Assembly: GCA_009914755.4 (NCBI GenBank)
Contig: CP086569.2
Span: forward strand, 10,944,001-11,008,000
DNA from: the human T2T-CHM13v2.0 reference genome, Homo sapiens
Direction of reading: 5' to 3'
Length of the DNA: 64,000 nt
Shown here: positions 51,822-63,149 of the stretch, piece by piece
How positions within the stretch are numbered: position 1 is the first letter of the stretch
Layout: each line of letters opens with the position of its first letter
The notes under the pieces: generated by a model
What the model was told of the DNA's origin: nothing
Databases searched by the model: none
Seen by the model: only the letters and a program-made list of their open reading frames with translations
Position numbers and translations under genes: made by a program

Positions 51822-51888
51822 CCTTCTTTTGACGGGATCACACTCTGCCATACAGGCTGAAGTGCAGTGGCACAATCTCATCTAACAT
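51822..51888 (-). mobile_element. Alu 3'-end fragment
   Basis: rc Alu 3'-end core; paralog of 54100; +/-5 bp. Confidence 0.7.
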
Positions 51889-52199
51889 TTCATTTCACCA
51901 TTCCATTGGATTCCAGTCCATTCCACTTCATTCCACTCCAACCCACTCAAGTCCACTTCACTCCATTCTATTCCATTCCAATGTGCTCCACTACACTCAT
52001 CTACTCTCCATTCCATCCAACTCCATTCCACTGCATTCCATTCCACTCCACTCCACTCCATTCCTTTCCTTTCCTTTATGTCACATTCCACTCCACTACA
52101 ATCTGCTCTATTCCATTCCATTCCATTCCATTCCATTCCATTCCATTCCATTCCATTCCATTCTATTCCATTCAAGTACCCTCCATTACCTTAGATTTC

Positions 52200-52265
52200 T
52201 TTCTTTCGACAGGATCTCATTCTTGCACCCAGGCTGGAATGCAGTGGAACAATCTCAGCTCACAT
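52200..52265 (-). mobile_element. Alu 3'-end fragment
   Basis: rc Alu 3'-end core; paralog of 54440; +/-5 bp. Confidence 0.75.
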
Positions 52266-52629
52266 TTCATTAAACCATTGCATTGCATTCTATTCCATTC
52301 CATTTCATTCAATTCCATTACATTCCATTCCATTTTCTTCCGTTCCGTTCTGTTCCACTCCACACCACTACACTCAATTCCACTCCACTCCACTCAATTC
52401 CACTCCACTCCACCCCAGTCCACTCCATTCCACTACACTCCACTCCATTCCATGCCATCCCATTCCATTCCTCTCCAATCCACACCACTCCACTCCAGTC
52501 CACTCCATTCTATTCCATTTCATCCAATTCCACTCTACTCCATTCCATTCCATTCCATTCCATTCCATTCCATTCCATTCCATTCCATTCTATTCCATTC
52601 CATTAAACTTCATTCCATTTCTTTCCCTA

Positions 52630-52700
52630 GTTGCTACAGAATCTCACTATGTGACACAGGCTGGAGTGTAATAGCAAAATCTCATCTCTCATAGCATTTC
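52630..52700 (-). mobile_element. Alu 3'-end fragment
   Basis: rc Alu 3'-end core; paralog of 54848; +/-5 bp. Confidence 0.6.
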
Positions 52701-52781
52701 ACCATACCATTCCTCACCATTCCACTTCACTTCACTTCACTGCACTCTTCACCAATGCACGCCATTCCACTCCATTCCATT

Positions 52782-52850
52782 CCATTCCTTTGTTTCGACA
52801 GGATCTCACTCTGTTACCGAGGCTGGAGTGCAGTGGCACAATCTCAACTC
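52782..52850 (-). mobile_element. Alu 3'-end fragment
   Basis: rc Alu 3'-end core read in sequence; +/-5 bp. Confidence 0.75.
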
Positions 52851-53064
52851 ACATTCCATTCCATTCCATTTCATTCCACTCCATTCAATTCCACTCCAAT
52901 CCACTCCATTCCATTCCATTCCATTCCACTCCACTCCACTACACTTCATTCTGTTCCATTTCACTCCACTCTACTCCCCTCCAATCCACTCCATTCCACT
53001 GCATCCAATTCCACTCCACTCCACTCCAGTCCACCTCATTCCATTCCAGCCCCTTACATTCCAT

Positions 53065-53130
53065 TCCTTTCTTTTGACAGTATCTCACTCTCTCACCCAG
53101 GCTACATTGCAGTGGCACAATCTCCGCCCA
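53065..53130 (-). mobile_element. Alu 3'-end fragment
   Basis: rc Alu 3'-end core; paralog of 55162; +/-5 bp. Confidence 0.65.
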
Positions 53131-53461
53131 CATTTCATTACACCATTCTATTCCATTACATTCCATTGCATTCCATTCCATTGCATTCCATTCTATTGTA
53201 TTCCATGGCATTCCATTTCGTTCAATTCCATTCCAGTCCACTCCATTCAACTACAATTAAATCCACTCCATTCCTTTTCATTCCATTCCATTCTATTCCT
53301 TTCCACTCCAGTCCACTCCACTGCACTCCACTCCACTACTCTCCACTCCATTCCAGTCCACTCCATCCCATTCTATGCCACTTCATTCCCTTCCACTCCA
53401 ATCTACTCCACTCCTGTCCACTCCACTCCACTGCATTCCATTCCACTCCATTCCATTCCAT

Positions 53462-53530
53462 TCCTTTCTTTCGACAGGGTCTCTCTCCCTCACCCAGTTT
53501 GCAGTGCAGTGGAACAATATCAACTCGCAT
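53462..53530 (-). mobile_element. Alu 3'-end fragment
   Basis: rc Alu 3'-end core; paralog of 55566; +/-5 bp. Confidence 0.65.
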
Positions 53531-53794
53531 TTCATTTCACCTTTCCATTTTATTCCATTCCATTCCATTCCATTCTATTCCATTCCATTCTATTCCATTC
53601 CACTCCACTCCACTCAATTCCACTCCACTCCACTCCTCACCACTCCACTCCATTGCAATCCATCCCAATCCATTCCATGACATTCCATTCCACTCCATTC
53701 CACTGCACTCCATTCAACTTCATTCCACTCCATTCCACTGCATTCGTTTCCACTCCACTCCATTCCATTCCGTTCTACTCCATTCCATTCCATT

Positions 53795-53860
53795 CCTTTA
53801 CTTCGACATCATCTCTCTCTGTTACACAGGCTGGAATACAGTGGCCCAATCTCAGCTCAC
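53795..53860 (-). mobile_element. Alu 3'-end fragment
   Basis: rc Alu 3'-end core read in sequence; +/-5 bp. Confidence 0.7.
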
Positions 53861-54099
53861 ATTTCATTTCACCATTCCATTCCATTTCATCCCATTCCAT
53901 TCCATTCCACTCAACAGCACTACACACCCCTCCACTCCATTATATTCCATTCCATTCCATTCCTTCCAATTCGATTCCACTCTATTCGACTCCACTCCAC
54001 TCTGTTCCACACGACTCCTCTCCACTCCATTCCATTCCATTCCATAACATTCTATTCCACTCCATTCCACTCCACGTTATTCCACTCCATTCCAGCCAG

Positions 54100-54170
54100 T
54101 TCTATTCCTTTTTTCGACAGGATCTCACTCTGTCATACAGGCTGCAGTGCAGTGGCAGAATCTCATCTCA
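54100..54170 (-). mobile_element. Alu 3'-end fragment
   Basis: rc Alu 3'-end core read in sequence; +/-5 bp. Confidence 0.75.
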
Positions 54171-54439
54171 CATTTAATTTCACCATTCCATTGCATTCCT
54201 TTCCATTTCACTCCATTCCACTCCACTCCACTCAAGTCTTCTTCGCTCCATTCCATTGCATTCCACCGTGCTCTACTCCATTCCTCTCCTTTCCATTCCA
54301 CCCAGTTCCATTCCACTCCATTCCATTCCACTCCACTGCATTCCGTTCCTTTCCATTAAGTGTTATTCCACTCCACTTCACTCCGCTCCGCTCCACTCCA
54401 TTCCATTCCATTCCATTACACACCACTACATTACATTCC

Positions 54440-54505
54440 TTTCTTTCGACAGGATATCACTCTTTCATCCAGGCTGGAATTCAGTGTCACACTCTCAGCT
54501 CACAT
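54440..54505 (-). mobile_element. Alu 3'-end fragment
   Basis: rc Alu 3'-end core read in sequence; +/-5 bp. Confidence 0.7.
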
Positions 54506-54847
54506 TTTATTTAATCATGGCATTCCATTTCATTCCATTCCATTTCGTTCCATTCCATTCCATTCCATTACATTTTGTTCCATTCCTTTCTGTTCCACTC
54601 CACTCCTCTACACTCAATTCCACTCCACTCCACTCCAGTCTACTCCAATCCTCTTCACTCCATTCCATTCCTTGCCATCCCATTCCATTCTACTCCATTC
54701 CACACCGCTCCACTCCACTCCACTCCACTTCATTCTACTACATTTCATCCCCTTCCATTCCACTCCATTCCATTCCATTCCATTCCATTCCATTCCATTC
54801 CATTCCATTCCATTCCATTAAACTCCATTGAAATTATTTCCGTAGTT

Positions 54848-54910
54848 TCTACAGAATCTCACTCTGTGACACAGGGTTGAGTGCAATAACAATATCTCAT
54901 CTCGCATATC
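54848..54910 (-). mobile_element. Alu 3'-end fragment
   Basis: rc Alu 3'-end core partly degenerate; +/-5 bp. Confidence 0.6.
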
Positions 54911-55161
54911 ATTTCACCATGCCATTTATCACCATTCTGCTCCACTTCACTCCACTGCACTCCACACCAATCTACGCCATTCCACTCCATTCCATTCCAC
55001 TCCATTCCATTCCATTCCTTTGTTTCAACAGGATCTCCACTCCGCTCCACTCCAATCCACTCCATTCCACTGCATCCCATTCCACTCCACTCCACTCCAC
55101 TCCACCACACTCCACTCCACTCCACTCCATTCCATTCCACTCCCTTACATTCCATTATTTT

Positions 55162-55225
55162 ATTTCAACAGGATCTCACTCTCTCACTCAGGCTAGAGTG
55201 CAGTGGCACAATCTCAGCTCATATT
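55162..55225 (-). mobile_element. Alu 3'-end fragment
   Basis: rc Alu 3'-end core read in sequence; +/-5 bp. Confidence 0.7.
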
Positions 55226-55565
55226 TCATTTCACCATTCTATTCCATTCCATTCCATTGCATTCCATTCCATTCCATTCCATTTCATTCAATTCTATTCC
55301 ATTTCATTCAATTCTATTCCACTGCACTCCATTCATCTACAATACATTCCACTCCACTCCATTTCATTACTTTCTATTCTATTCCTTTCCACTCCAGTCC
55401 ACTCCACTGCACTCCACTCGACTCCACTCCACTCCACTACTCTCCACTCCATTCCAATCTACTCCATCCAATTCTATTCCACTTCATTCCCCTGCACTCC
55501 ACTCTACTCCTCTCATGTCCAGTGCACTCCACTGCATTCCATTCCACTCCATTCAATTCCATTCC

Positions 55566-55630
55566 TTTATTTCAACAGGATCTCACTCCTTCACCCAGTT
55601 TGCAGTGCAGTGGAACAATCTCAACTCACG
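55566..55630 (-). mobile_element. Alu 3'-end fragment
   Basis: rc Alu 3'-end core read in sequence; +/-5 bp. Confidence 0.65.
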
Positions 55631-55784
55631 TTTCATTTCACCTTTCCATTTTATTCCATTCCATTCCATTCCATTCCATTCCATTCCATTCCATTCCATT
55701 CCATTACACTCCACTCCGGTCAATTCCACTCCACTTCACTCCACTCCATTCATTTCCATTCCAATCCATTCCACTCCATTCCCT

Positions 55785-55855
55785 TCCTTTCCTTTCTTTC
55801 GACAGGATCTCACTCTGTCACACAGTCTGAAGTGCAGTGGCAAAATCTCGGCTCA
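55785..55855 (-). mobile_element. Alu 3'-end fragment
   Basis: rc Alu 3'-end core read in sequence; +/-5 bp. Confidence 0.75.
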
Positions 55856-56029
55856 CATTTCATTTCTCCATTCCATTCCATTCCATTCCATTCTATTCTA
55901 TTCCATTCCATTCCATTCCATTCCACTCCACTCCACTCAGTTCCATTCCATTCCACTCCACTCGACTTCACTCTAATCCTCTCCATTCAATTTCATTCCA
56001 TTCCATTCCACTCCTATCCATTCCATTAC

Positions 56030-56095
56030 TGTCTTTCTACAGGATCTCACTCTGTCACCCAGTCTGGAGAGCAGTGACACTGTCTCAGCTCACAT
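56030..56095 (-). mobile_element. Alu 3'-end fragment
   Basis: rc Alu 3'-end core read in sequence; +/-5 bp. Confidence 0.75.
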
Positions 56096-56355
56096 TTCTT
56101 TTCACCATTCCTTTGCATTCCATTCCATTGCATTCCATTACATTCCGTTCCATTCCATTCTACTCCTCTCCTCTCCACTCCATCCCATTCCATACCATTT
56201 TATTCCACTCCACTCCACTCTATAGCATTCCCTGCCATCCCATTCCACACTCTTCCACCCCAGTCTGCACCACTCCACTGCACTCTAATGAATTCCATTC
56301 CATTCCATTCCATTCCATTCCATTCCATTCCATTCCATTCCATACCACTCCATTA

Positions 56356-56420
56356 CTTTCTGTCGAGAAAATGTGACTCTGTCACACTGGCTGGAGTGCA
56401 GTGACGCAATTTCAGCCCAT
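56356..56420 (-). mobile_element. Alu 3'-end fragment
   Basis: paralog of 2526 and 5205 (TCTGTCGAGAAAAT.T.ACTCTGTCACACTGGCTG); +/-5 bp. Confidence 0.6.
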
Positions 56421-56679
56421 ATCCACTCCATTTCATTGCATTCCATTCTATTCCTCTCCATTCCAGTCCTCTCCATTGCACTCCACTGAATTCCACTCCA
56501 ATCCACTGCATTCCATCCCATTGCATTCCACACCAATTTACTCCACATCTCTGTACTCCACTTTACTCCATTCCATTCCACTCCCTACCATTCCATTCCC
56601 CTCCATTCCACTCCACTCCAGTCAACATCTCTCCACTCCATTCCATTCCATTCCATTCCACTCTATTCCATTCCATTCA

Positions 56680-56745
56680 TTTCTTTTGAAATTTTGTCAC
56701 TGTGTCACAGTTTGTGGTGCAGTGGAAGAATCCCAGTTCATATTT
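56680..56745 (-). mobile_element. Alu 3'-end fragment (degenerate)
   Basis: TTGAAATTTTGTCACTGTGTCACAGTTTGTGGTGCAGTGGAAGAATCCCAGTTCAT; paralog of 2808; +/-5 bp. Confidence 0.5.
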
Positions 56746-56939
56746 TATTTCACTGTAGCCTTCCATTCCATTCCACTCCATTCTTTTCTTTTAAACTCCA
56801 CTCCCATTCAGTCCACTCCACTCCATTCCATTTCACTCCACTCCCCTCCATTCCACTCAACTCCACTCCGTCCCATTCCATCCCATTCCATTCCAATTCA
56901 TTGCTCTCAACTCCACTCCACCCCACTCCACTTCTTTCC

Positions 56940-58230
56940 ATTCCATGCCATTCCATTCCACTCCACTGCACTTCAATCCATCCCATTCCATTCCACTACA
57001 TTCCACTCCACTCCACTCCAATCCATTCCACTTCTTTGCAGTCCATTCCATTCCAGTCCACTCCACTCCAATCCATTTAACTGCAGTCCACTCCACTCCA
57101 TTCCATCCCTTTTGATTCCACTCCTCTCCACTCCATTCGATTCCATTCCACTAAATTCCATTCCGTTCCATTGAATTCTAATCCACTCCACTCCTCTACA
57201 CTCCACTCCATGCCATTACATTCCATTACATTCCAGTCCATAGTCCTGCATTCCACTCCACTCCACTCCACTATATTCCATTCCATCCCATTCCACTCCT
57301 CTCCGCTCTAATCCACTCCACTCCACTCCTCTCCACTCCATTCCATTCCATGCCATTTCACTCCATTCCTTTCCATTCCGTGCTTTTGACAGCTTCTCAC
57401 TCTGTCACACAGGCTGGAGTGCAGTGGCACAATCTCAGCTCACGTTGCATTTCACCATTCCATTGCATTCTTTTGCATTGCCTTCCACTCCATTCCATTC
57501 CATTCCATTCCATTCCATTCCATTCCATTCCATTCCATTCCATTCCACTACACTCAGCTGCATTCCATTCCATTCCACTCCACTCCACCCCTATGAACTC
57601 CACTCGACTCCACTCCACCACATTCTACTCCTTTCCATTCCACTCCATAACATTCTATTCCAATACATTCCACTCCACTCCACTCTATTCCATTCCAGTC
57701 CACTCTACTAAACTCCCCTCCATTCCGCTCAACTCCACTCCTTCCCATTCCATCCTATTCCATTCCAATTCATTCCCCTCCACTCCACTCCGCTTCTTTC
57801 AATTCCATGCCATTCCATTCCACTCCACTCCACTTCAATCCATCCCATTCCATTCCACTACATTCCACTCCACTGCACTCCAATCCATTCCACTTCTTTA
57901 CAGTCCATTCCATTCAAGTCCACTCCACTCCAATCCATTTAACTCCACTCCACTGCACTCCATTCCATCCCTTTCCATTCCACTCCTCTCCACTCCATTC
58001 GATTCCATTCCATTAAATTCCATTCCTTTTCATTGAATTCTAATCCACTCCACTCCTCTACACTCCACTCCATGCCATTCCATTCCATTACATTCCTGTC
58101 CAAAGTCCTGCATTTCACTCCACTCCACACCACTGCATTCCATTCCATTCCATCTCATTCCACTCCATTTCACTCGTCTCCACTCTACTCCACTCCACTC
58201 CACTGCACTCCTCTCCACTCCATTCCATTC
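56940..58230. repeat. ~860-bp tandem duplication (2 copies)
   Basis: 56940-57370 vs 57790-58230 near-identical (CCACTTCAATCCATCCCATTCC...GTCC(A/A)TAGTCCTGCATT). Confidence 0.75.
57385..57450 (-). mobile_element. Alu 3'-end fragment
   Basis: rc Alu 3'-end core read in sequence; +/-5 bp. Confidence 0.75.
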
Positions 58231-58269
58231 CATTCCATACCATTTCATTCCATTCCTTTCCGTTCCGTG

Positions 58270-58370
58270 CTTTTGACAGCATCTCAGCCTGTCACACAGG
58301 CTGGAGTGCAGTGGCACAATCTCAGCTCAGGCTGGAGTGCAACGGCACAATTTCAGCTCACATTTCATTT
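58270..58370 (-). mobile_element. Alu 3'-end fragment with internal tandem duplication of the GGCTGGAGTGCA..CAGCTCA core
   Basis: ..CAGGCTGGAGTGCAGTGGCACAATCTCAGCTCAGGCTGGAGTGCAACGGCACAATTTCAGCTCAC read directly. Confidence 0.75.
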
Positions 58371-58744
58371 CACCATTCCATTCCATTCCATTCCATTCCA
58401 TTCCATTCCATTGCATTCAATTCCACTCTATTCCTCTGTACTCCACTCCACTCTACTCCACTCCGTTCCATTCCACTCCATTCCACTCTATTCCACTCCA
58501 CTCCACTTTACTTTATTCCACTCCATTCCATTCCATTCCACTCCATTCCAATCCAATGCACTCCAATCGACTCCACTACACTCAATTCCGTTCAACTTTA
58601 TACCATTGTATTCCACTCCATTCATATTAACACCACTCCACTCTACTCCACTCCAGTCCACTCCACTCCGCTCTGTTCCATTCCAATCCACTCCTCTCCA
58701 CTGCACTCCATTCCATTTCATTCTGCTCCATTCCTTTCCATTCC

Positions 58745-58810
58745 TTTCTTTTGACAGGGTCTCACTCTTTCAGCCAGGTTAGAGTGCAGTGGAATAAACT
58801 CCGTTCACAT
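58745..58810 (-). mobile_element. Alu 3'-end fragment
   Basis: rc Alu 3'-end core partly degenerate; +/-5 bp. Confidence 0.55.
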
Positions 58811-59160
58811 TTTATTTCATCATAGCATTCCATTCCATTCCATTTCCTAAAATTCCATTCAATTCCAGTCCACTCCAATCAACTCCACTCTACCTCATTC
58901 AATCCTATTCAATTCCACTCCACTCCATTCGATTCCATCCCATCCCATTCCATTCCATTCCATTCCACTCCACTCTTCTCCACTCCACTCCATGCCATTC
59001 CATTCCTTTCTATTCCAGTACATATTACTCCATTCCTCTCCACTCCACTCCACTACATTCCATTCCATTTCATCCCATTCCACTCCATTCCTCTCTTCTC
59101 CACTCTACTCCACCCCATTCCATTCCATTCCATTTTACTCCATTAAATTCCATTCCTCTC

Positions 59161-59250
59161 TTTAGACAGAATTTTACTCTGTCACACAGGCTGGAGTGCA
59201 GTGACACAGTCTCAGCTCAGGCTGGAGTTCAGTGGCATAATATCAGCACA
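59161..59250 (-). mobile_element. Alu 3'-end fragment with internal tandem duplication of the core
   Basis: ..CAGGCTGGAGTGCAGTGACACAGTCTCAGCTCAGGCTGGAGTTCAGTGGCATAATATCAGCACAC; same doublet as 58270-58370. Confidence 0.7.
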
Positions 59251-59324
59251 CATTTCATTTCACCATTCCATTCCATTCCACTTTATTCCATTCTACTCCA
59301 CTCCACTCCACTCCATTCCATTCC

Positions 59325-59395
59325 TTTCTTTCAAAAGGAGCTCACTCTTTCACCTAGGTTAGAGTGCAGTGGAACAATCTCAGCTCACATTTCAT
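59325..59395 (-). mobile_element. Alu 3'-end fragment
   Basis: rc Alu 3'-end core partly degenerate; +/-5 bp. Confidence 0.6.
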
Positions 59396-59631
59396 TTCAC
59401 CATAGCATTCAATTCGATTCTGTTCCATTCCCTTCAATTCCATTCCACTCCATTCCACTCCAATGTACTCCACTCGACTCCACTCCAATTCACTCCTCTC
59501 CACTCCATTCCATTGTACATCATACCATTCTGTTCCACTCCATTCACATGCTCTCCACTGCACTCTATTCCACTCCAGTCCACTCCACTCCACTCCATTT
59601 CACTCTACTCCATTCAACTCCACTCCATTCC

Positions 59632-59695
59632 ATTCTTTTGACAGGTTCTCACTCTTTCACACAGGTTAGAGTGCAGTGGAACAACCTGAGCTCAC
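59632..59695 (-). mobile_element. Alu 3'-end fragment
   Basis: rc Alu 3'-end core partly degenerate; +/-5 bp. Confidence 0.6.
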
Positions 59696-60059
59696 ATTTC
59701 ATTTCACCATAGAATTCCATTCCATTCCATTGCATTCCCTAGAATTCCATTCCATTCCAGTCCACTCCACTCCATTCCACTCCACACCACTTCTTTCCAT
59801 CCCATTCTGTTCCACTCCATTCCACTCCCATCCACTCCATTGCACTTCTTTCCATTCCATTCCATTCCATTCCATTCCGTTCCATTCCATTCCATTCCAT
59901 TCCATTCCATTCCATTCCATTCCATTCCATTCCATTCCACTCCAATCCTCTCCACTCCACTCCTGTCCACTCCATTGCGTTCCATTCACGCCAATCCACT
60001 CAACTTATTTCCATTCCATTCCATCCTATTCCATTCCACTCCTTTCCATTCCATTCATT

Positions 60060-60120
60060 TTCTTCAACAGGATCTCTCTGTCACCCAGGCTGGAATGCAG
60101 TGGCACAATCTCAGCTCACG
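60060..60120 (-). mobile_element. Alu 3'-end fragment
   Basis: rc Alu 3'-end core; paralog of 57385; +/-5 bp. Confidence 0.7.
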
Positions 60121-60485
60121 TTTCGTTTCACCATTCAATTGCATTCTTTTGCATTGCATTCCACTCAATTCCATTCCATCTCATTCCATTCCATTCCGTC
60201 CATTGCATTCCACTCCACTCAGCTGCATTCCATTCCATTCCATTCCACTCCACTCCACTCCACTCCTATGCACTCCCCTCGATTCCTTTCCACTCCACCA
60301 AAGTCCACGCCATTCCATTCCACTCCATAATATTCTATTCCAATATATTCCCCTCCACTCCACTCTATTCCATTCCAGTTCACTCCACTCCACTCCAGTC
60401 CACTCCACTCCACCCCACTCCAGCCCACTCCACTTCACTCCACTCCATTCCACTCCATTCCATTCCACTCCATTTCATTCCATTC

Positions 60486-60555
60486 CTTTCTTTCGACAGC
60501 ATATCACTCTGTCACCCAGGTTACAGTGTAGTTGAAAAATATCAGCTCATATTTC
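60486..60555 (-). mobile_element. Alu 3'-end fragment
   Basis: rc Alu 3'-end core partly degenerate; +/-5 bp. Confidence 0.6.
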
Positions 60556-60865
60556 ATTTCACCATAGCATTCCGTTCCATTCCATTCCATTCCATTCCAT
60601 TCCATTCTATTCCATTCCATTGCCTTCCATTCCTTTAACTTCCATTCCATTCCTGTCCACTACACTCCACTCCACTTCACTCCACTCCAATCCACTCCAC
60701 TCCGCTTCATTCCATCCCATTCCATTCCACTCCATTCCACAACACTCCAGTCCACTCAACTTCTTTCAATTCAATCCCATTCCATTCTACTCCAGTCCAC
60801 TCCACTCCACTCCTTTCCATTCCACTACATTGCATTCCTTTCCACTCCTTTCCATTCCATTCCTT

Positions 60866-60930
60866 TCTTTTGACAGAATCTGATTCTTTCACCCAGGCTG
60901 GAGTGCTGTCGCACAATCTGAGCCCACATT
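60866..60930 (-). mobile_element. Alu 3'-end fragment
   Basis: rc Alu 3'-end core read in sequence; +/-5 bp. Confidence 0.7.
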
Positions 60931-61209
60931 TCATTTCACCACTCCATTGCATTCCATTCCTTTGCATTCCATGCCATTCCATTTTTTTTCCATTCCACTG
61001 CACTCCACTCCACTCTACTCCACTCTGCTGCATTCCATTCCATTCCATTCCATTGCATTCCATTCCATTCCATTCCATTCCATTCCACTCTACTCCACTC
61101 CTCTGCACTCCATCCCATTGCATCCCATCCCATTCCACACCATTCCACTGCACTCCACTCAACTGCATTCCATTCAATTCCATTACATTCCACTCTATTT
61201 CATTCTGTG

Positions 61210-61275
61210 CTTTTCTGTCAACAAGATCTCACTCTGTCACAGTGGCTGTAGTGTAGTGGCAGAATCTCAGCTCAC
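61210..61275 (-). mobile_element. Alu 3'-end fragment
   Basis: rc Alu 3'-end core partly degenerate; +/-5 bp. Confidence 0.6.
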
Positions 61276-61474
61276 ATTTCATTCTACATTCCATTCCATT
61301 CCCTTCCACTCCATTCAATCCCATTGTATTCCACTCCATTCATCTCCACTTCACTGAACTCCCTTCCACTTCATTCCATTAAACTCCACAACATTCCATT
61401 CTACTCCACGCCACTCCACTCCACTCCACAACACTCCATTCCATTTCATTCCACTGTATTCCATTCCATTCCTT

Positions 61475-61540
61475 TTCTTTTACAGTATATCACTCTGTTA
61501 CACAGGCTGGAGTGCTTTAGCGCAATCTCAGCTCACATTG
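61475..61540 (-). mobile_element. Alu 3'-end fragment
   Basis: rc Alu 3'-end core partly degenerate; +/-5 bp. Confidence 0.6.
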
Positions 61541-61819
61541 CCTTCACCATTCCATTGCATTCCATTCCATTCTGTTCCATTCCAAATCACTACATTCCAT
61601 TTAGTTCCTATCCATTCCACTGCACTCCTCTCCACTCCACTGCACGCCATTCCATTCCATTCCATTCCAGTCCAGTCCACTCCACTACGCCTTATTCCAT
61701 TACATCCCGATTCATTCCACTCCATTCCACTCCTCTCCACTCTACTCCACTCCACTCCTCTCCACTCTATTCCGTTCTGTTTCATTCCATTCCATTCCAT
61801 TCCTTTGCATTCCATTCCT

Positions 61820-61885
61820 TTCTTTTGACAGGATCTCACTCTGTCACCCAGGCTGATGTCCAGCGGCATAAACTCAGGTGACATT
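61820..61885 (-). mobile_element. Alu 3'-end fragment
   Basis: rc Alu 3'-end core (5' half intact, 3' half diverged); +/-5 bp. Confidence 0.6.
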
Positions 61886-62074
61886 GCAATTCACCATTGT
61901 ATTCCATTCCATTTCACTCCATTCCATTCCATTCCATTCCACTCCACTCCACTCCACTCCACTCAATTCCATTCCACGCAATCCCATTTCATTCCACTCC
62001 ACTCCATTCCATGCCCTTCCATCCAATTCCATTCTATTCCGTTGTATTCCAATCCATTCCATTCCATTCAAATC

Positions 62075-62140
62075 CTTTCTTTCAAAGTGTTCTCACTTAG
62101 TCACACATGGTGGAGTTCAGTGGGAAAATCTGAGCTCACA
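62075..62140 (-). mobile_element. Alu 3'-end fragment (module A)
   Basis: A-variant as at 9241/11038; +/-5 bp. Confidence 0.65.
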
Positions 62141-62261
62141 TTTCATTTCACCATTCCATTGCACTCCATTCCACTCCACTCCACTCCACCCCACTCCACT
62201 GCATTCCACTCCATTCCATCCCAATCCATTCCTTTCCACTCCATTCCATTCCTTTCCTTTC

Positions 62262-62325
62262 CTTCATCAGGATATCACTGTTTCACACAGGGTGGAGTGC
62301 AGTGGCACAATCTTAGTTCACATTT
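62262..62325 (-). mobile_element. Alu 3'-end fragment (module B)
   Basis: paralog of 9424/11224; +/-5 bp. Confidence 0.7.
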
Positions 62326-62382
62326 CATTTCAACTTTCCACTCCATAGCATTTCATTGCAATCCGTTTCTTTCCATTTTTTT

Positions 62383-62445
62383 TCGTTTGACAGTTTCTCA
62401 CTCTGTCACTCCGGGTGGAGTGCAGTCGCATAATCTCAGCTCACA
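62383..62445 (-). mobile_element. Alu 3'-end fragment (module B')
   Basis: paralog of 9543/11349; +/-5 bp. Confidence 0.75.
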
Positions 62446-62761
62446 TTACATTTGAACTTTGCATTACATTCCATGCCACTCCATTTCATTTCATTCGATT
62501 CCATTCCATTCCACTCTACTCAATTCCACTCCACTCCACTACATTCCATTTCATACCATTCCATTCCACTCCATTCCACTCTAATCCACTCAATTCCATT
62601 CCATCCCATTACATTCCACTCCACTCCACTCCATTCCATCCCACTCCATCCCATTTCATTCCACACCACTACACTCCACACCACTCCATTTCCTGCCATA
62701 CCATCCCATTTCATTCCATTCCATTTGATTCCTTTCCACTCCTTTGCATTCCATTCCTTTA

Positions 62762-62825
62762 TTTCGACAGTATCTCAATCTGTCACAAAGTCTGGAGTGC
62801 AGTGGCACAATCTCAGCTCACATTT
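62762..62825 (-). mobile_element. Alu 3'-end fragment (module C)
   Basis: paralog of 9921/11810; +/-5 bp. Confidence 0.75.
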
Positions 62826-62957
62826 CATTTCACCATTTCATTTCATTCCATACCACTCCACTCCACTACACCACACTCCACTCCAGTCCACTTCACTCCA
62901 CTCCACTCCATTAAATCCCAATGCATTCCATTCCTGTCTATTCCTATCCATTCCTCT

Positions 62958-63025
62958 GCTTTCTTTTGATAGGATCTCACTCTGTCACTCAGGGTGGAGT
63001 ACAGTGGCACAATCTCAGCTCATAT
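62958..63025 (-). mobile_element. Alu 3'-end fragment (module D)
   Basis: paralog of 10121/12018; +/-5 bp. Confidence 0.75.
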
Positions 63026-63149
63026 TTTATTTCAATATTCCATACCATTCCATTCCATTCCATTCCACTCTACTCCACTCCACTCCACTCAATTCCATTC
63101 TATTCAATTACATGCCACTCCATTCCACTCCTTTCCATTCCTTTCTTTT

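Larger units (their letters stand above)
51503..53794. repeat. ~2.2-2.3-kb HOR family, unit 1
   Basis: Landmarks 51503/51822/52200/52630/52782/53065/53462 each have a paralog 2.1-2.3 kb downstream. Confidence 0.7.
53795..56029. repeat. ~2.2-2.3-kb HOR family, unit 2
   Basis: 53795~51503, 54100~51822, 54440~52200, 54848~52630, 55162~53065, 55566~53462. Confidence 0.7.
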
